A stretch of DNA of 64,000 bases from Lytechinus pictus (lineage: Eukaryota). Where the stretch lies: positions 868,001-932,000 of the forward strand of contig NC_087246.1 of NCBI RefSeq assembly GCF_037042905.1, in the 5' to 3' direction. This document shows positions 40,446 to 51,228 of the stretch, piece after piece. How positions within the stretch are numbered: position 1 is the stretch's first letter; each line of letters begins with the position of its first letter. The notes beneath the pieces are model-generated. The model did not search any database. It saw nothing but the letters and a program-made list of their open reading frames with translations, and was not told the DNA's origin. The position numbers and the translations under genes are program-made.

Positions 40446-43175
40446 CTAAAATTGAAATTTCACAGCTAACATTGTGAACCCATGTTTCGGAAAACCGAAA
40501 ATACCATTATTTCCTCTCCCCTTCTCTACTTCATTACAGGAAAATATGAAATACTCCCTGACAAACGGCTTAAATTTCTCTCCTTGTGAAATTTTTGGCC
40601 AATAAGGTGCAGATTTCCACTGCGGCACGATTAGAGTGCCTGCGGCCTTCTCCTGTATCGCTTTATCGATAACTCTCGCTGCCAATCGAGGTGGGGGTAC
40701 CCACCAATTAACATCATTACTCCACGTCTGCTTAAATGCATCGACCCCTTTTGATGTTGGACAACCCCATCTTGAATTAAATTTTGCACACTTTGTGTTA
40801 TAGTCACAAGCAAACCTGTCGAATGTGTGTGGCCCCCATTTTCGATCTAAAAAATCAAAAAATGTTGAACTAATACACCAATCATCACTGTCTGATATTC
40901 TGCTAAGACTATCTGCCTTCTTATTCCGTTCCCTTGGAATCCATACTACGTCTATACCTAAATGGTAAACCTCGCATGTCTGGTGAATATCAATCGCTAT
41001 CTCCTGCAATTGTTTGTTTTTACTGCCTTTTTGCACAATACTTGTGACATTTCTATTATCCGTATAACAACGAATATTATACCCTTCCAGGTATGGTCCA
41101 AGTGATTTCAGAGCTCTATTTAGAGCTTCCATCTCTCTCCATGAAGAACTGTATTTTGATTCAAACTCTCTCCAAGAGCCAACCACTTCCAGGTTTAAAT
41201 CCTCACAAATGAACGCTCCATAACCTGTACTCGAAGCATCAGTAAACATATTGAAATTACACGACTTCATTTGTGAAATGGGTATGCCATTAAATCTATC
41301 CATGTTCTTGTACCAAAAAATTAGCTCTTTTTCTGCTTCATCCGACAGTAATACTGGCGCATTCCACGATGCCCGACTATTAATGAACTTAAAAACATCT
41401 CTTGTCTTCAGTTGAACCATCGAACCCACAGCGGGCTGCATAGATATGATTTGCCCAGCAATTCCTGCTAAATCCCGCACTGGGATTAATCTCTTCCCTC
41501 TATTTGCTTTCACTAGAATACTTTGGATAGATTGTTTGCATTTACACATCCTTTCCTTTGTAATTTTTACCACCCCATCTATGAAATTCCAAGACAATCC
41601 CAACCAAATCGCCTCATTTTGGGGCATCCATTCACACTTGTCTTCAGCAAGAACAAAACCAAGCTTGCCCAAATCAGACCTAATCGTCTCGCTAACCTCA
41701 TTAGCTTCGTCTATGTTACTGCATCCTGCGATACCATCGTCAAGAAACATGACCACCCTTTTCCCCTGTGATCTCCAGTATGTTATTGGAACCCTGGTCA
41801 CCTTTGTAAAGATGTAACCGGCAGTGGAAATTCCAAAGGGTAATACATTGAATTGAAAGTATCTTGTTTGACCCTCAAAATCCCAAGCAAAACCAAGATA
41901 TTGCCTGTGCCCTTCGAATATTTCTATGTGATGGTATGCTGACTTCAAATCAAAAGTACAAACATAGTCCCCCTTATGGAAAATGTCCTTACCAACTGAT
42001 GCATCCTCATACTTAAACGTATTCTTGTACAGATGCGGGTTGATATGCCTACAATCCAATACAAGCCTGCGTTTACCTTTTTTATCAGAAACTGTCAAGG
42101 GATTTACCACTGTGGGTATTGATTCTACTTCAGATACACAACCTTTCTCTAATAACTTATCAATTTCATCCTTAACGAAATCTGAATGGATCAATGACGA
42201 CCTGTTATTATGAAGCTTTTTGCTAACTGGCAAAGTATGCAACGGTAGTTTATATCCGTTTTCGACAACATCCAAAATCTCTTTACTAGCCCCAAAATTG
42301 GACCATATATCCCTATTTTGTTTCAGCCTCCCGACAGGAGAAGCTTTCTTATTTCCAGAACTTGCAATTTCATCATCAGTATTTTTGTATCCTTTTCCTC
42401 TCATATTCTCTGAGAGCTTTGATTCTTTTCCCATATCATCATGAATCAATACAAAATCACTTATCTGATCTCTGCTTGCCCTGGCTTGACACTCATTCCT
42501 CCAGTGTCCCGGTTTCCCGCATGAAAAACAAAGCCCCGGCTTCTTGCGCTCATCCGAAGATCCTCCAGCACCATGACGAATAGATGTGGTGTAAATCTCC
42601 TGCTCCTTGACGTTGGGACGCCACGATGCCTTGCTCCCGCCATAAGGTTGAAAACGCCTCGGCGCTATTTTCTTTCCTTTCTTGCTCTTCCTCTCTGCTC
42701 TCGTTTCTGCTTTCATCATGCGCTTTTCATCTTCTGAATTTTCGGCCAATGTGTTCCTCTCATATTCTGCAACCAACTTCCACCCTAATGGCGAACTGTC
42801 CGCCATTTTTATCAATTTCTGTCTTTTTTCAACTAAGTCTATACCTTCGATTATTTTGTCCTTCGCACCTGCGACAGCTCCCGACGTATCATTGGATTCG
42901 TTGAGACAATGCTCGGCCTCTTTCAGTTTCCTATGAATTTTCACATTCACTTTATGCTGCTCTTCGTTGCCTTTACGTTGAAACTTAAAGTTCTCGGTGT
43001 GCATTTCTTCTATCTTTGCAACTTGTGCATCACTTAGTGCTTTCTGATTTTCATTTATAGACTGGTGAAAATTGCTCAACCTATTAGATATCAAACCGTC
43101 CAAGTCTGTTAGCAATTTATTTTGCGACTGGCTCAATTTTGAATCAATAAGCTCAGAAATTTTTGCCGGATCCAT
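40446..43175 (-). CDS. DIRS Gag-Pol polyprotein: Gag with CCHC knuckle, reverse transcriptase, RNase H, Dam-like methyltransferase domain (909 aa)
   Basis: Knuckle CFSCGKPGHWRNEC. RT: RLVLDCR, FDLKSAYHH, LPFG, MFLDD. RNase H: FTDAS, REMEA, TDN, NKKAD. MT: GPHTFDRFA...VDAF...WWVPPP...LIVPQW. Confidence 0.95.
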   Translation of the reverse strand: MDPAKISELIDSKLSQSQNKLLTDLDGLISNRLSNFHQSINENQKALSDAQVAKIEEMHTENFKFQRKGNEEQHKVNVKIHRKLKEAEHCLNESNDTSGAVAGAKDKIIEGIDLVEKRQKLIKMADSSPLGWKLVAEYERNTLAENSEDEKRMMKAETRAERKSKKGKKIAPRRFQPYGGSKASWRPNVKEQEIYTTSIRHGAGGSSDERKKPGLCFSCGKPGHWRNECQARASRDQISDFVLIHDDMGKESKLSENMRGKGYKNTDDEIASSGNKKASPVGRLKQNRDIWSNFGASKEILDVVENGYKLPLHTLPVSKKLHNNRSSLIHSDFVKDEIDKLLEKGCVSEVESIPTVVNPLTVSDKKGKRRLVLDCRHINPHLYKNTFKYEDASVGKDIFHKGDYVCTFDLKSAYHHIEIFEGHRQYLGFAWDFEGQTRYFQFNVLPFGISTAGYIFTKVTRVPITYWRSQGKRVVMFLDDGIAGCSNIDEANEVSETIRSDLGKLGFVLAEDKCEWMPQNEAIWLGLSWNFIDGVVKITKERMCKCKQSIQSILVKANRGKRLIPVRDLAGIAGQIISMQPAVGSMVQLKTRDVFKFINSRASWNAPVLLSDEAEKELIFWYKNMDRFNGIPISQMKSCNFNMFTDASSTGYGAFICEDLNLEVVGSWREFESKYSSSWREMEALNRALKSLGPYLEGYNIRCYTDNRNVTSIVQKGSKNKQLQEIAIDIHQTCEVYHLGIDVVWIPRERNKKADSLSRISDSDDWCISSTFFDFLDRKWGPHTFDRFACDYNTKCAKFNSRWGCPTSKGVDAFKQTWSNDVNWWVPPPRLAARVIDKAIQEKAAGTLIVPQWKSAPYWPKISQGEKFKPFVREYFIFSCNEVEKGRGNNGIFGFPKHGFTMLAVKFQF

Positions 43176-46100
43176 GTTCGAAGATAGACGTAATGTAGCT
43201 GGAACCTCTTTAAAAAAACGTGCTAGTGTGCGGTCCTTGGAAAGCTAGAATGACTTCCCCTACAACACCACACCCTTATCTCGCATCCCCTCTTTTCATA
43301 TTCAAATGAAACACCTTCGACGCAACGGAATTGAATAATTCCGTAATTCCGTCACGCATGCCGGAGAACAATTAGTGTTCTCCACTTATTGCCGTATAAA
43401 CAACATTTGCCAGCTATACGATGTAACGCTGGCAAATACATTAATGCAGCCTTTAAAGTCATCTCGAGTGATTTCAACCCTTTTTAAACGTCTCTGACAG
43501 AAAAATCCTTAAAATAACGTCCAATCTCTACATACATTGCCCCACATATTCATTTTCGTGTCAGTAAAAATTGAACAGAGTATTGCGAGTCCTTTTTTTT
43601 GTCACTCAATTGAACTTGAATGTAAGTTTAGACAAACCATAAGGGTTTATAACATTAATCAAGACAAAATAGATTTAATGAAGGCTGAGGATTTGGTGAA
43701 ATAATCATCTATAGGGGCATTAATTTAGGCCTAGATTTAGTCTAATTTACAAGAATTGCATTGCCATTGAATAATTTTGCGTTAACTCGTACTCGTTAAG
43801 TTCTAACTTGTCTTTACAAGTGCCCATATGAATAGTATTTGTAACCAATTTTCACCAAAAAAAATCTCAAATGAATACATAGATTCTATTGTCTGCTTTA
43901 CTGCAGTGAACTCATCTAATTTCCTAGAAGTACTTTCAAACATATGTAATGGAAAGATACCCCCCCCCCGAGAAAGGGGGGGGGGGGCTCTCTATAAATA
44001 ACAGTGTGAATGCTGAGATTATGAATTAATTTGGTAAAGTTAGTGGCCAACCCATGTGGGCAAATAAGTCGAGTCCTTAGTTAAAACGAGGATTACTGGG
44101 GATTTATGTTTTAAATAAATCTCAGTCTACATCTAATGTAGATAGAGATTTATACTTTCATGTTTGGTGGCCACTTACTCGCCCTTATTTCTATGACGTT
44201 TTACAGAAAATGAAAGAATCTACATAAATAACTGCACCTCGGATTTGATCATAATCATAATGATGAAGATATTTTCATTTTTTTTTTCAGATGCAGTATA
44301 TACAATAAGCGACGTTTCAGAGAACAAACAAGAGAAGTCCTGGAACTGGTACACTTGCTATTTAACAATGCTGATGGCCAGATACAATTCCAGGTGAGAA
44401 TTTTCATAGTGTTATAAACTCACTTAACATCCTGTCAGTATAAGTAATCCATTGATTTTCACTCACTACCAAAATTAATTTAAATTGCAAATCTAGTAAA
44501 CAATGAAGTTATAAAACTACGTTGACTTAAAGTTATAATAACCAGAAAATATTAATTTTGAAATATGTTATAATTTAGCAGATATACATGTATTTCTAAA
44601 TTGTAAAAGAGCATTATTCCCATTTTGACAAATGCTTGGTGTACTGCCCTAGAGCATTGAAAATTTGACATGTGATCATATTTTCAGCTGAAACTTTTGT
44701 ATAAATTGGAAACATCTTATTCAAATATTTGCTGTAATTATCAGTGGTATATAGAGTGTATAAATATATTCTTGCACCATCATACTGACTGGGCAGGTTT
44801 TTGTTTGGTAAGGGCAATTTAAAATATTGAGTCTGCTATCTATCCTACAAACTTGATATTTGATTGACAAAAAACTTTGAAAACAAACAGATGATTTGTA
44901 TATTATTTCATTTTACATACATAGGTTAGATCCAGGAGCCGACACGCTTGTCAGATGGGTCATTGATAATTCCCTGAACACCGCAGATGTGATCTGATTT
45001 GGTGACATGACAGTTGAATCGGTAGTGACTGGATTTTAATTGTGTGCCCTGGTTTTGAACTGTTGAAGTAACCAAACTAGAAACATCTTCTGAGAACTCT
45101 AGACTGCAATTCTGATGATGAAACTTTGTCTACACTTGTGAAAAATGTGAAGGAGTTGGCTCTGCCTCATGGCCTTTCAGGTTCAGGGCTCTCATCTAAC
45201 TTTTTCTTTAGTTTCTAGCTGGGTAACTGATACCAATATTAATTTTCTTGTGATTTTGACTTCAACATAAGTTTAGTTTTAATTTTGATAGGACTTTCAA
45301 ATCTGGTTTCAGTTTTAGAGCAGTGTATTATATAAAGAAACCATGTTGCTTGAACTAGTCTGTGCTCTTACAGTGATATGATTATGAACTCCTTCAAATA
45401 TGTTTTATATATACAGTCAAATATAAAGTTCAGAATAGTCATTTATCTGCTATACTTACCACATGTTTAAATTGCTTATAAATACACATCGTCCGCATAT
45501 GGATGCAAAAGAATTACCCTTCTTTATTCATTTTGTTGGTATGTTTTCATTTTACTTGGTGCCATCTAAAAAAAAATACTGCATATTCCTACATTTTTGT
45601 AAAACAGAATGTTACTAGCTTTATTGTGCTTAAAAGTATTGCATTGATACTTCATACTTACTTATAATAACATAACCATACAATTTAGACTGACATGCAT
45701 TGTTTGATTGTTACAGGATATATTACTAGTAAGGGTGAAAATCATATTAGGTTTTCATGAATTCATCTTCAAAAGCCAGATGTGTTAATACAGACCCCCC
45801 CCCCCCTTCCATGAGTTTTTTTTTTGTCTATTAGGGGTGTGAGAATTCTTAAGCTGATTTCAGCTATTTTAACTTTTTATTTTCAGCTTGATATCCCTTT
45901 TTGTGTACAGTAGTTTGAGAGCTCATTCAGTCTCATCCCCTGACACTCTTCACACCTGGTTGATGCAGTTTTACAGTTGATGAGTCATCATTTTATTCTA
46001 GAGTACCCAACTGTTTATTTTCTAATGAATGATATTCAGGAAAGAATTAATACATGATTATTTTTAGCAGAAATTTTACATTAGCTTGAGGTTAAAGATA

Positions 46101-47830
46101 CACTGCAGCACATGTTTTTTCTGTATATTTGTAGTAAGAATTTCACATATTTGTACATGATCCCACTAATTCAAAGATGTTACTTGCTAAAATCATGACA
46201 ATTTAATGTAAAGTTTTCAAAGTTGGAACTAAGGTGTATTTAATGGATCTTTCTGTTTTTGGACTCTGGCAATAATTTGCTATTAAAAAACAAGTGTTTG
46301 ATTGGAAATTGTATTGATGAGTGTATTTAGCCAATAACTTGAGAAAGATGGAAAAATACAAATCTACTAAGTCATTCGTATTTTTATTACTGCATTTTTT
46401 TGGTTGCTTTTGCCGCTGTCGTTCGGGATTTTGATTATGAATTTGTTAATAAATGATCCTGTTTGATACGAAGTTAAATAATTGATTTAAAATTATATTT
46501 CCTTGTTTGAGTTTCATTAGTCGATAATTTTTTATTCAAAGGTTTACATGTTTCCTTTGGTAAAGATTAGCTTTTAGCACTAATAGACTTTTTAGTACTT
46601 GACAATGTGTAAAAAGATGAAATAACTCTCAAGGCAACTGTGATCGACTGATTTAATTATGACATTATTTTAAAAAAAGTGTAGTGAATGTAATAAATAA
46701 TGGTGATTATGTTACTTCTATTTTGATGGAAAAGAAATATACCATTTTACTTGTATATATGTATGTCAATACAAATAGACATAGAGAATACAACTTTCCT
46801 GCACCACTAGCATTGATTATATTCCAGTATTCTTGTGATGGAAGATTTATTCATTTGACATTGGAATATTTTGAGAGTAGAGTAACTTATTGAATTTGGT
46901 ACTTGTTAGCAATTCTGTATTTCAAAATGTGGCATTCACAGACTAGGATTGCTGATTGTGTTAAGCAGGGCATGATATACAAATAAATATATTGTTGCAT
47001 ATGTTCAAGTTCTATTTAATGTATAAAATGATAAAATTCTGTCAATGTGTACCTGACAATTCACTTCTTATACATTTAGCAGTGCAATATTAGTTTCATT
47101 ATAATAATTATGAATGTCGATGTGTTTGTCACTAGGTCCGATTATGGTCCGATATATTATTGAATTAAAGATATATTTCCATTGTTAACATTGTATGGAA
47201 TTGGTAAAGCATAACCATTATCATAATGATTGATATGAAAAAATGTCATATTTTACTTGTCTATTTGTCACTTGCTGCTATGGTTTCATATGTTATAAAA
47301 TTAAAAGAGTTCTTCTAAATTTATTTACATTGCTAACTTTGTGGAATTTGTTTTATATAGTTAGTATTTTCAATGATTTATGACAAGTCATATCTCTTAT
47401 TTTGCATAAAAAGGGTATTTTTATATGATTTCCAGGGGAGAATGCATGACCATTTTGATAAAGGAAAACTTGAGTAGAGAAAGAGAAGGGGGCAAGAGTG
47501 GTTCTACTCGAAATTTGCTCGCTTTGTTTTGACAAATTCTTATTTTTTTTGGGGGGGGGGGGGTGGTTGGGGGTGGCAATCAGTCATAATTTACCAATTC
47601 TTGTTGCCATTTTAAAAAGTTAGTTCCACATTCAGTTTTGTACCATTTTCGAGGTAATTAAGTCTCAAAGAATAATTTTGAATAGCTAACGAGTCGGCCT
47701 TAACAGAGAATACCTTTAAGATTATAAACAACATTTAAGAGAAACTTAATTGGGATTTCATATTTTTAGGAGGGTGGAGAGGTTTAATTTGTAATGTTGC
47801 ATTTTCTACTCCAACGGAGTCTTTGCTTAA

Positions 47831-48417
47831 AGGAGAATGAAACTCTTGGAGCAAGTTAGCTTTTGTGAAAGCAGAAAAATCAAAGAATAAGATCAACAAA
47901 ACTTTGAGAAAAATAGGACTAGCAATAAAAGAGTTATGAGCATTTGAATGTCGAGATCACTAATGCTATGGAGATCCTCCTATTGGCAATGCGACCAAGA
48001 TCTGTGATGTCACACACGTACAACTCTCCCATTTGGACACTGAAAATATACCCCAAAACATCTCTTTTTGCTCATTCTAATCATATGACAAACGATTCAT
48101 CAATGATATAATGTTGTGAAACCTCTGTACTTGTCATCTCATAAAGAGAAGACCTCACCTTGTGATAGACTCTATAAAAGTGAGAATATAAGTGAAATAA
48201 GTACTAATTAAAGTAATGAGGGAGTTGTACGTGTGTGATATCACAGATCTTGGTCGCATTGCCGTTGGGAGGATCTACATGGCACTAGTGATCTCAATAT
48301 TCGAATGCTCATAACTTTCTTATTATTCATTCAATCTTCCTCAAACTTTCAACAATATGTTTCTTTGATTTTTCTCTTTGATATGGATTCAGCTGGTTTC
48401 AAGGGTTTCATTCTCCT
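47831..48417. mobile_element. TTAA-type (Kolobok-like) MITE with long inverted arms
   Basis: TTAA-AGGAGAATGAAAC ... GTTTCATTCTCCT-TTAA. Arms pair over ~200 bp. Confidence 0.85.
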
Positions 48418-49481
48418 TTAATAGTCCTTTCTCAAACATAGAATTACGAAGACGAAATGTGTTGTATCTATTGTAGTGATTTTATTCATATCCTGTTAGG
48501 AAGTTTCCGTATATCAGAGTTCATCCCTCAAAAATGAAGATAATATCATGAATATTAAAATGAAATAGGCTTAAGTATAACACGTGTGTCTATTGGTCTT
48601 CCTGTTATAACTTGAAAAATGTAATCAAAGTATTCAAAGTGATTTTTTTTTAATTAAAAGAAGTAAATGTAGGCCTAATTAATCTGACATTTGGAATTGA
48701 TTTTTCTTACAATAGCAAATAAAGAGATTATGTATATTTAGACCTCATTTATCGCATTGCATCGACAAGGCTATACGTGGGACTACGACAGAGCCTCTTC
48801 CCGTCACTTCGTAAAAACAAAATTGAAGCGCGTCCTTGAATTTCGGATTTTCACGAAGTGACGGTTATGCGAGCGGAGCACTATCCGTCACTTCGTAAAA
48901 ATAAATCTAAGTGCGTATCGTAATATATTTTTTTCACGAAAATATGGTTCTGCTTAGAGCTCATTATCTTCTTAAATATTAAAGGAAAATGCAAATAATT
49001 GGACTTGAATATTGTCCAGAATATGCCCAATACGAGGATATGACATTTATCCACCCTGCATGCGTGGAAGACGTTGAGATTGAAGTCTAAACATTTGAAC
49101 GCGATTTACTCAAAACTAACTTTTTAAAAGTTGCGCGCTCATCCGTCACTTCGTGAAATTAGGGACGAAGTTAGTTACACAAAAAAGACAAAATAACCAT
49201 AATAATAAAAAAAAAACCTACCCACTTATCCTCCCCCACCCCCCAAAAAAGGAATGTGGCAAAGTGATAACTTAATATCAGTGTTATCTAAACAAAGATA
49301 GGTGATTTGGTAAATAAAGTAGACAAAACAAAATATACAAGCTATGATTATAAAATGGTTTCTCAACAACTATTGATAGGATTAAAAAACACAACTGGTT
49401 ATCCAAGACGACATAAGGTTTTTAAACGAACAAGTATATCAAGGAAACTGAGATACAAGTTGCATGAAAAAATGGGAACTG

Positions 49482-49638
49482 GGGAGTGTTTCATCAACAT
49501 TTTCATCCGACAAGTTGTCAGATCTGACATCTTTCTCTGATGTTGATTGGCTGAGAGGTACTGTTACTATGGTAACTGTCGGATAAAATGGGACTTGTCG
49601 GATAAAACGTCCGACAAGTCCTTTCATGAAACGCTCCC
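49482..49638. mobile_element. Short MITE (Harbinger-like, CTG duplication)
   Basis: GGGAGTGTTTCAT ... ATGAAACGCTCCC flanked by CTG. An inverted diverged copy lies at ~56837-56987. Confidence 0.75.
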
Positions 49639-51049
49639 CTGATGTCTACAACCATATAACCAAAACAGTGCAGTATTATTTTTAAAAATGGGGCACTAAG
49701 CCTGTTATACAAAATATACATTATTAGTTATCATGTAACCTGTTGACATTTTTGAAAACCAAATTATAAGGTGAATCGCCACTTCTTAAAGTGAGCGGGC
49801 AACTTATTATTTTTCTTAGCTATCAAATATTCCAAGTCCTGTTGTCTTTAACAAATGTTTTAAAAAGAGCATAACTTGGAGGATTATTCTTAAATTTACA
49901 TATATGAATATAATACTTCAAAAGTAAGAAAAGGTATGAAATGAACTTATCAGCTGGGAGTCCAAACATTTTTTCAAAATTAGAACCATTTATTTGAACA
50001 TTATTTTGGGAAATTTTTGTTAAAAGGGATTGCCAAATAGGAATTACCCTTTCACATTCGCAAAACAGGTGGACTATTGTTTCCTCACTTTTATCACAGA
50101 GAACACAATTGGGTGAGTCCTTAGATTTAATCTTATATACAAAATCATTTAATGTTATGGCTTTATGAAAAATCTTAAAATAGAATGATCTTAATTTAGT
50201 GTCAATGGTTACTATACTCACACTTTAAGAGAGCATTAATGTATTCTTCATTCAGGTGATATTTTGCGAGGGAGTGTTTAGCGACCGAGCGAGAAAATGT
50301 TAGAATTTGAATATGAGCACATGACGACATGAATGGAATACTGTATTAATCTATTATATTTTTCTTTCCTTTTCCCCATTTTTTTAAGTTCCCGGCGAAA
50401 CCCATTAGGGGGAGGGGGCAGATTGCCCCCTGTGACTTTTAATAACCAGTTATTAAGTCACATTTTTTCCAATCGTAAAACTGAAAAATATTGAATTTCC
50501 CAAAAACGTGGACACCGCCTTTAGTCGTAAATTCTAACGGAATCAGACAATGATTATAATTCTCTTCTTTTTTTTTTGTTTGGGGGGGGGGGGTTGTTTT
50601 GACATGCATGGGTACTCTGTGACCCCTCCCGGCTCCCCTTCCCCAGCCCCCACCCCCTTTCTGAAAAAATAGCTTATATACTGTAGCTCTTATTAAAAGC
50701 GGGGTAAAAATGGATGAAAATCATTTTTCCTCCGAGTCGTTGCGCCGCCCCTCGATCGCTCAATTTACTATGCCTCCCACTACTGGCGGATCCAGGGGGG
50801 GGGGGGGCGGCCCGTGCCCCCCTTTTGAGAGGCACAATTAAAATTTGTAATGTAAAAATGCCGTTAAAACAAAAGTGTGTCCCCCCTTTGAAAATGAAGA
50901 CCCCCTTTTTTTTTGCTTGTCAATCAAAATTTTCCCTCTGCAAAATGTGCCCCCTCCCTTTGGAAAATCCGCCCCTGCCTCCCACCCCCTCCAAACAATT
51001 AAATTACCCTGTTCCTATCTTGCTCCCCCCCAAAAAAAAACTTGCAAGA

Positions 51050-51228
51050 GAGATACCGGTACTGTTATGTGTTGCTGCTGACTGGCTGGCTGGCAACCAC
51101 CGGTCACCTCGACCACCGAATTTGCCGCTGAACTGTCGTCGCGTAGCGCTCGTGCTATCATCGCAGCTAGCTCTAGTATAGTACGTCGACGTCGAGGGCG
51201 CGCATTGATTTCTCAACATACAGCAATC
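51050..51228 (+). promoter_or_regulatory. CpG-rich promoter/5' UTR region of UBE2L3
   Basis: Local CpG/GC enrichment directly upstream of the ATG (context CAATCATGG). Confidence 0.5.

Larger units (their letters stand above)
38276..43441 (-). mobile_element. PAT-like DIRS tyrosine-recombinase retrotransposon, apparently full length
   Basis: Split direct repeats: a ~231-bp repeat at 43210-43441 and 38716-38946, and a 118-bp repeat at 38947-39064 and 38276-38393 (A1-ORFs-B1A2-spacer-B2 order on the minus strand). Gag-Pol-MT and YR ORFs are present, and there is no TSD. Confidence 0.95.
37919..49167. mobile_element. 11.2-kb TIR DNA transposon with 4-bp TSD (Sola-like), no transposase ORF seen
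   Basis: TIRs CGTCCCT(GT/AA)TTTCACGAAGTGACGGAT, TSD AAGT at 37915-37918 and 49168-49171. The subterminal motif TTT(C/T)ACGAAGTGACGG is repeated at ~38110, 38180, 48802, 48849 and 48886. Confidence 0.85.
37821..50208 (-). mobile_element. 5'-truncated Tx1/L1-clade LINE (~1 kb of its own sequence), split by an 11.2-kb insertion in its 3' UTR
   Basis: zf-RVT remnant CVLCDKSEETIVHLFCEC in ORF 49823-50221. The poly-T tail and reverse AATAAA lie at ~37821-37850. An identical 18-bp TSD TTACTATACTCACACTTT is at 37803-37820 and 50209-50226. Confidence 0.85.

Noticed and set aside
41446..42936. Plus-strand ORFs opposite the DIRS pol
   Set aside because: Antisense shadows of the long coding frame, with no recognisable motifs.
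38716..43441. LTR retrotransposon (direct repeats flanking gag-pol)
   Set aside because: There are no TG..CA ends, TSD, protease or DDE integrase; the second repeat pair and the YR show a split-direct-repeat DIRS element.
50714..51219. 155-aa and neighbouring ORFs upstream of UBE2L3
   Set aside because: They run through a G/C-run MITE and the CpG-rich promoter; composition is not protein-like.
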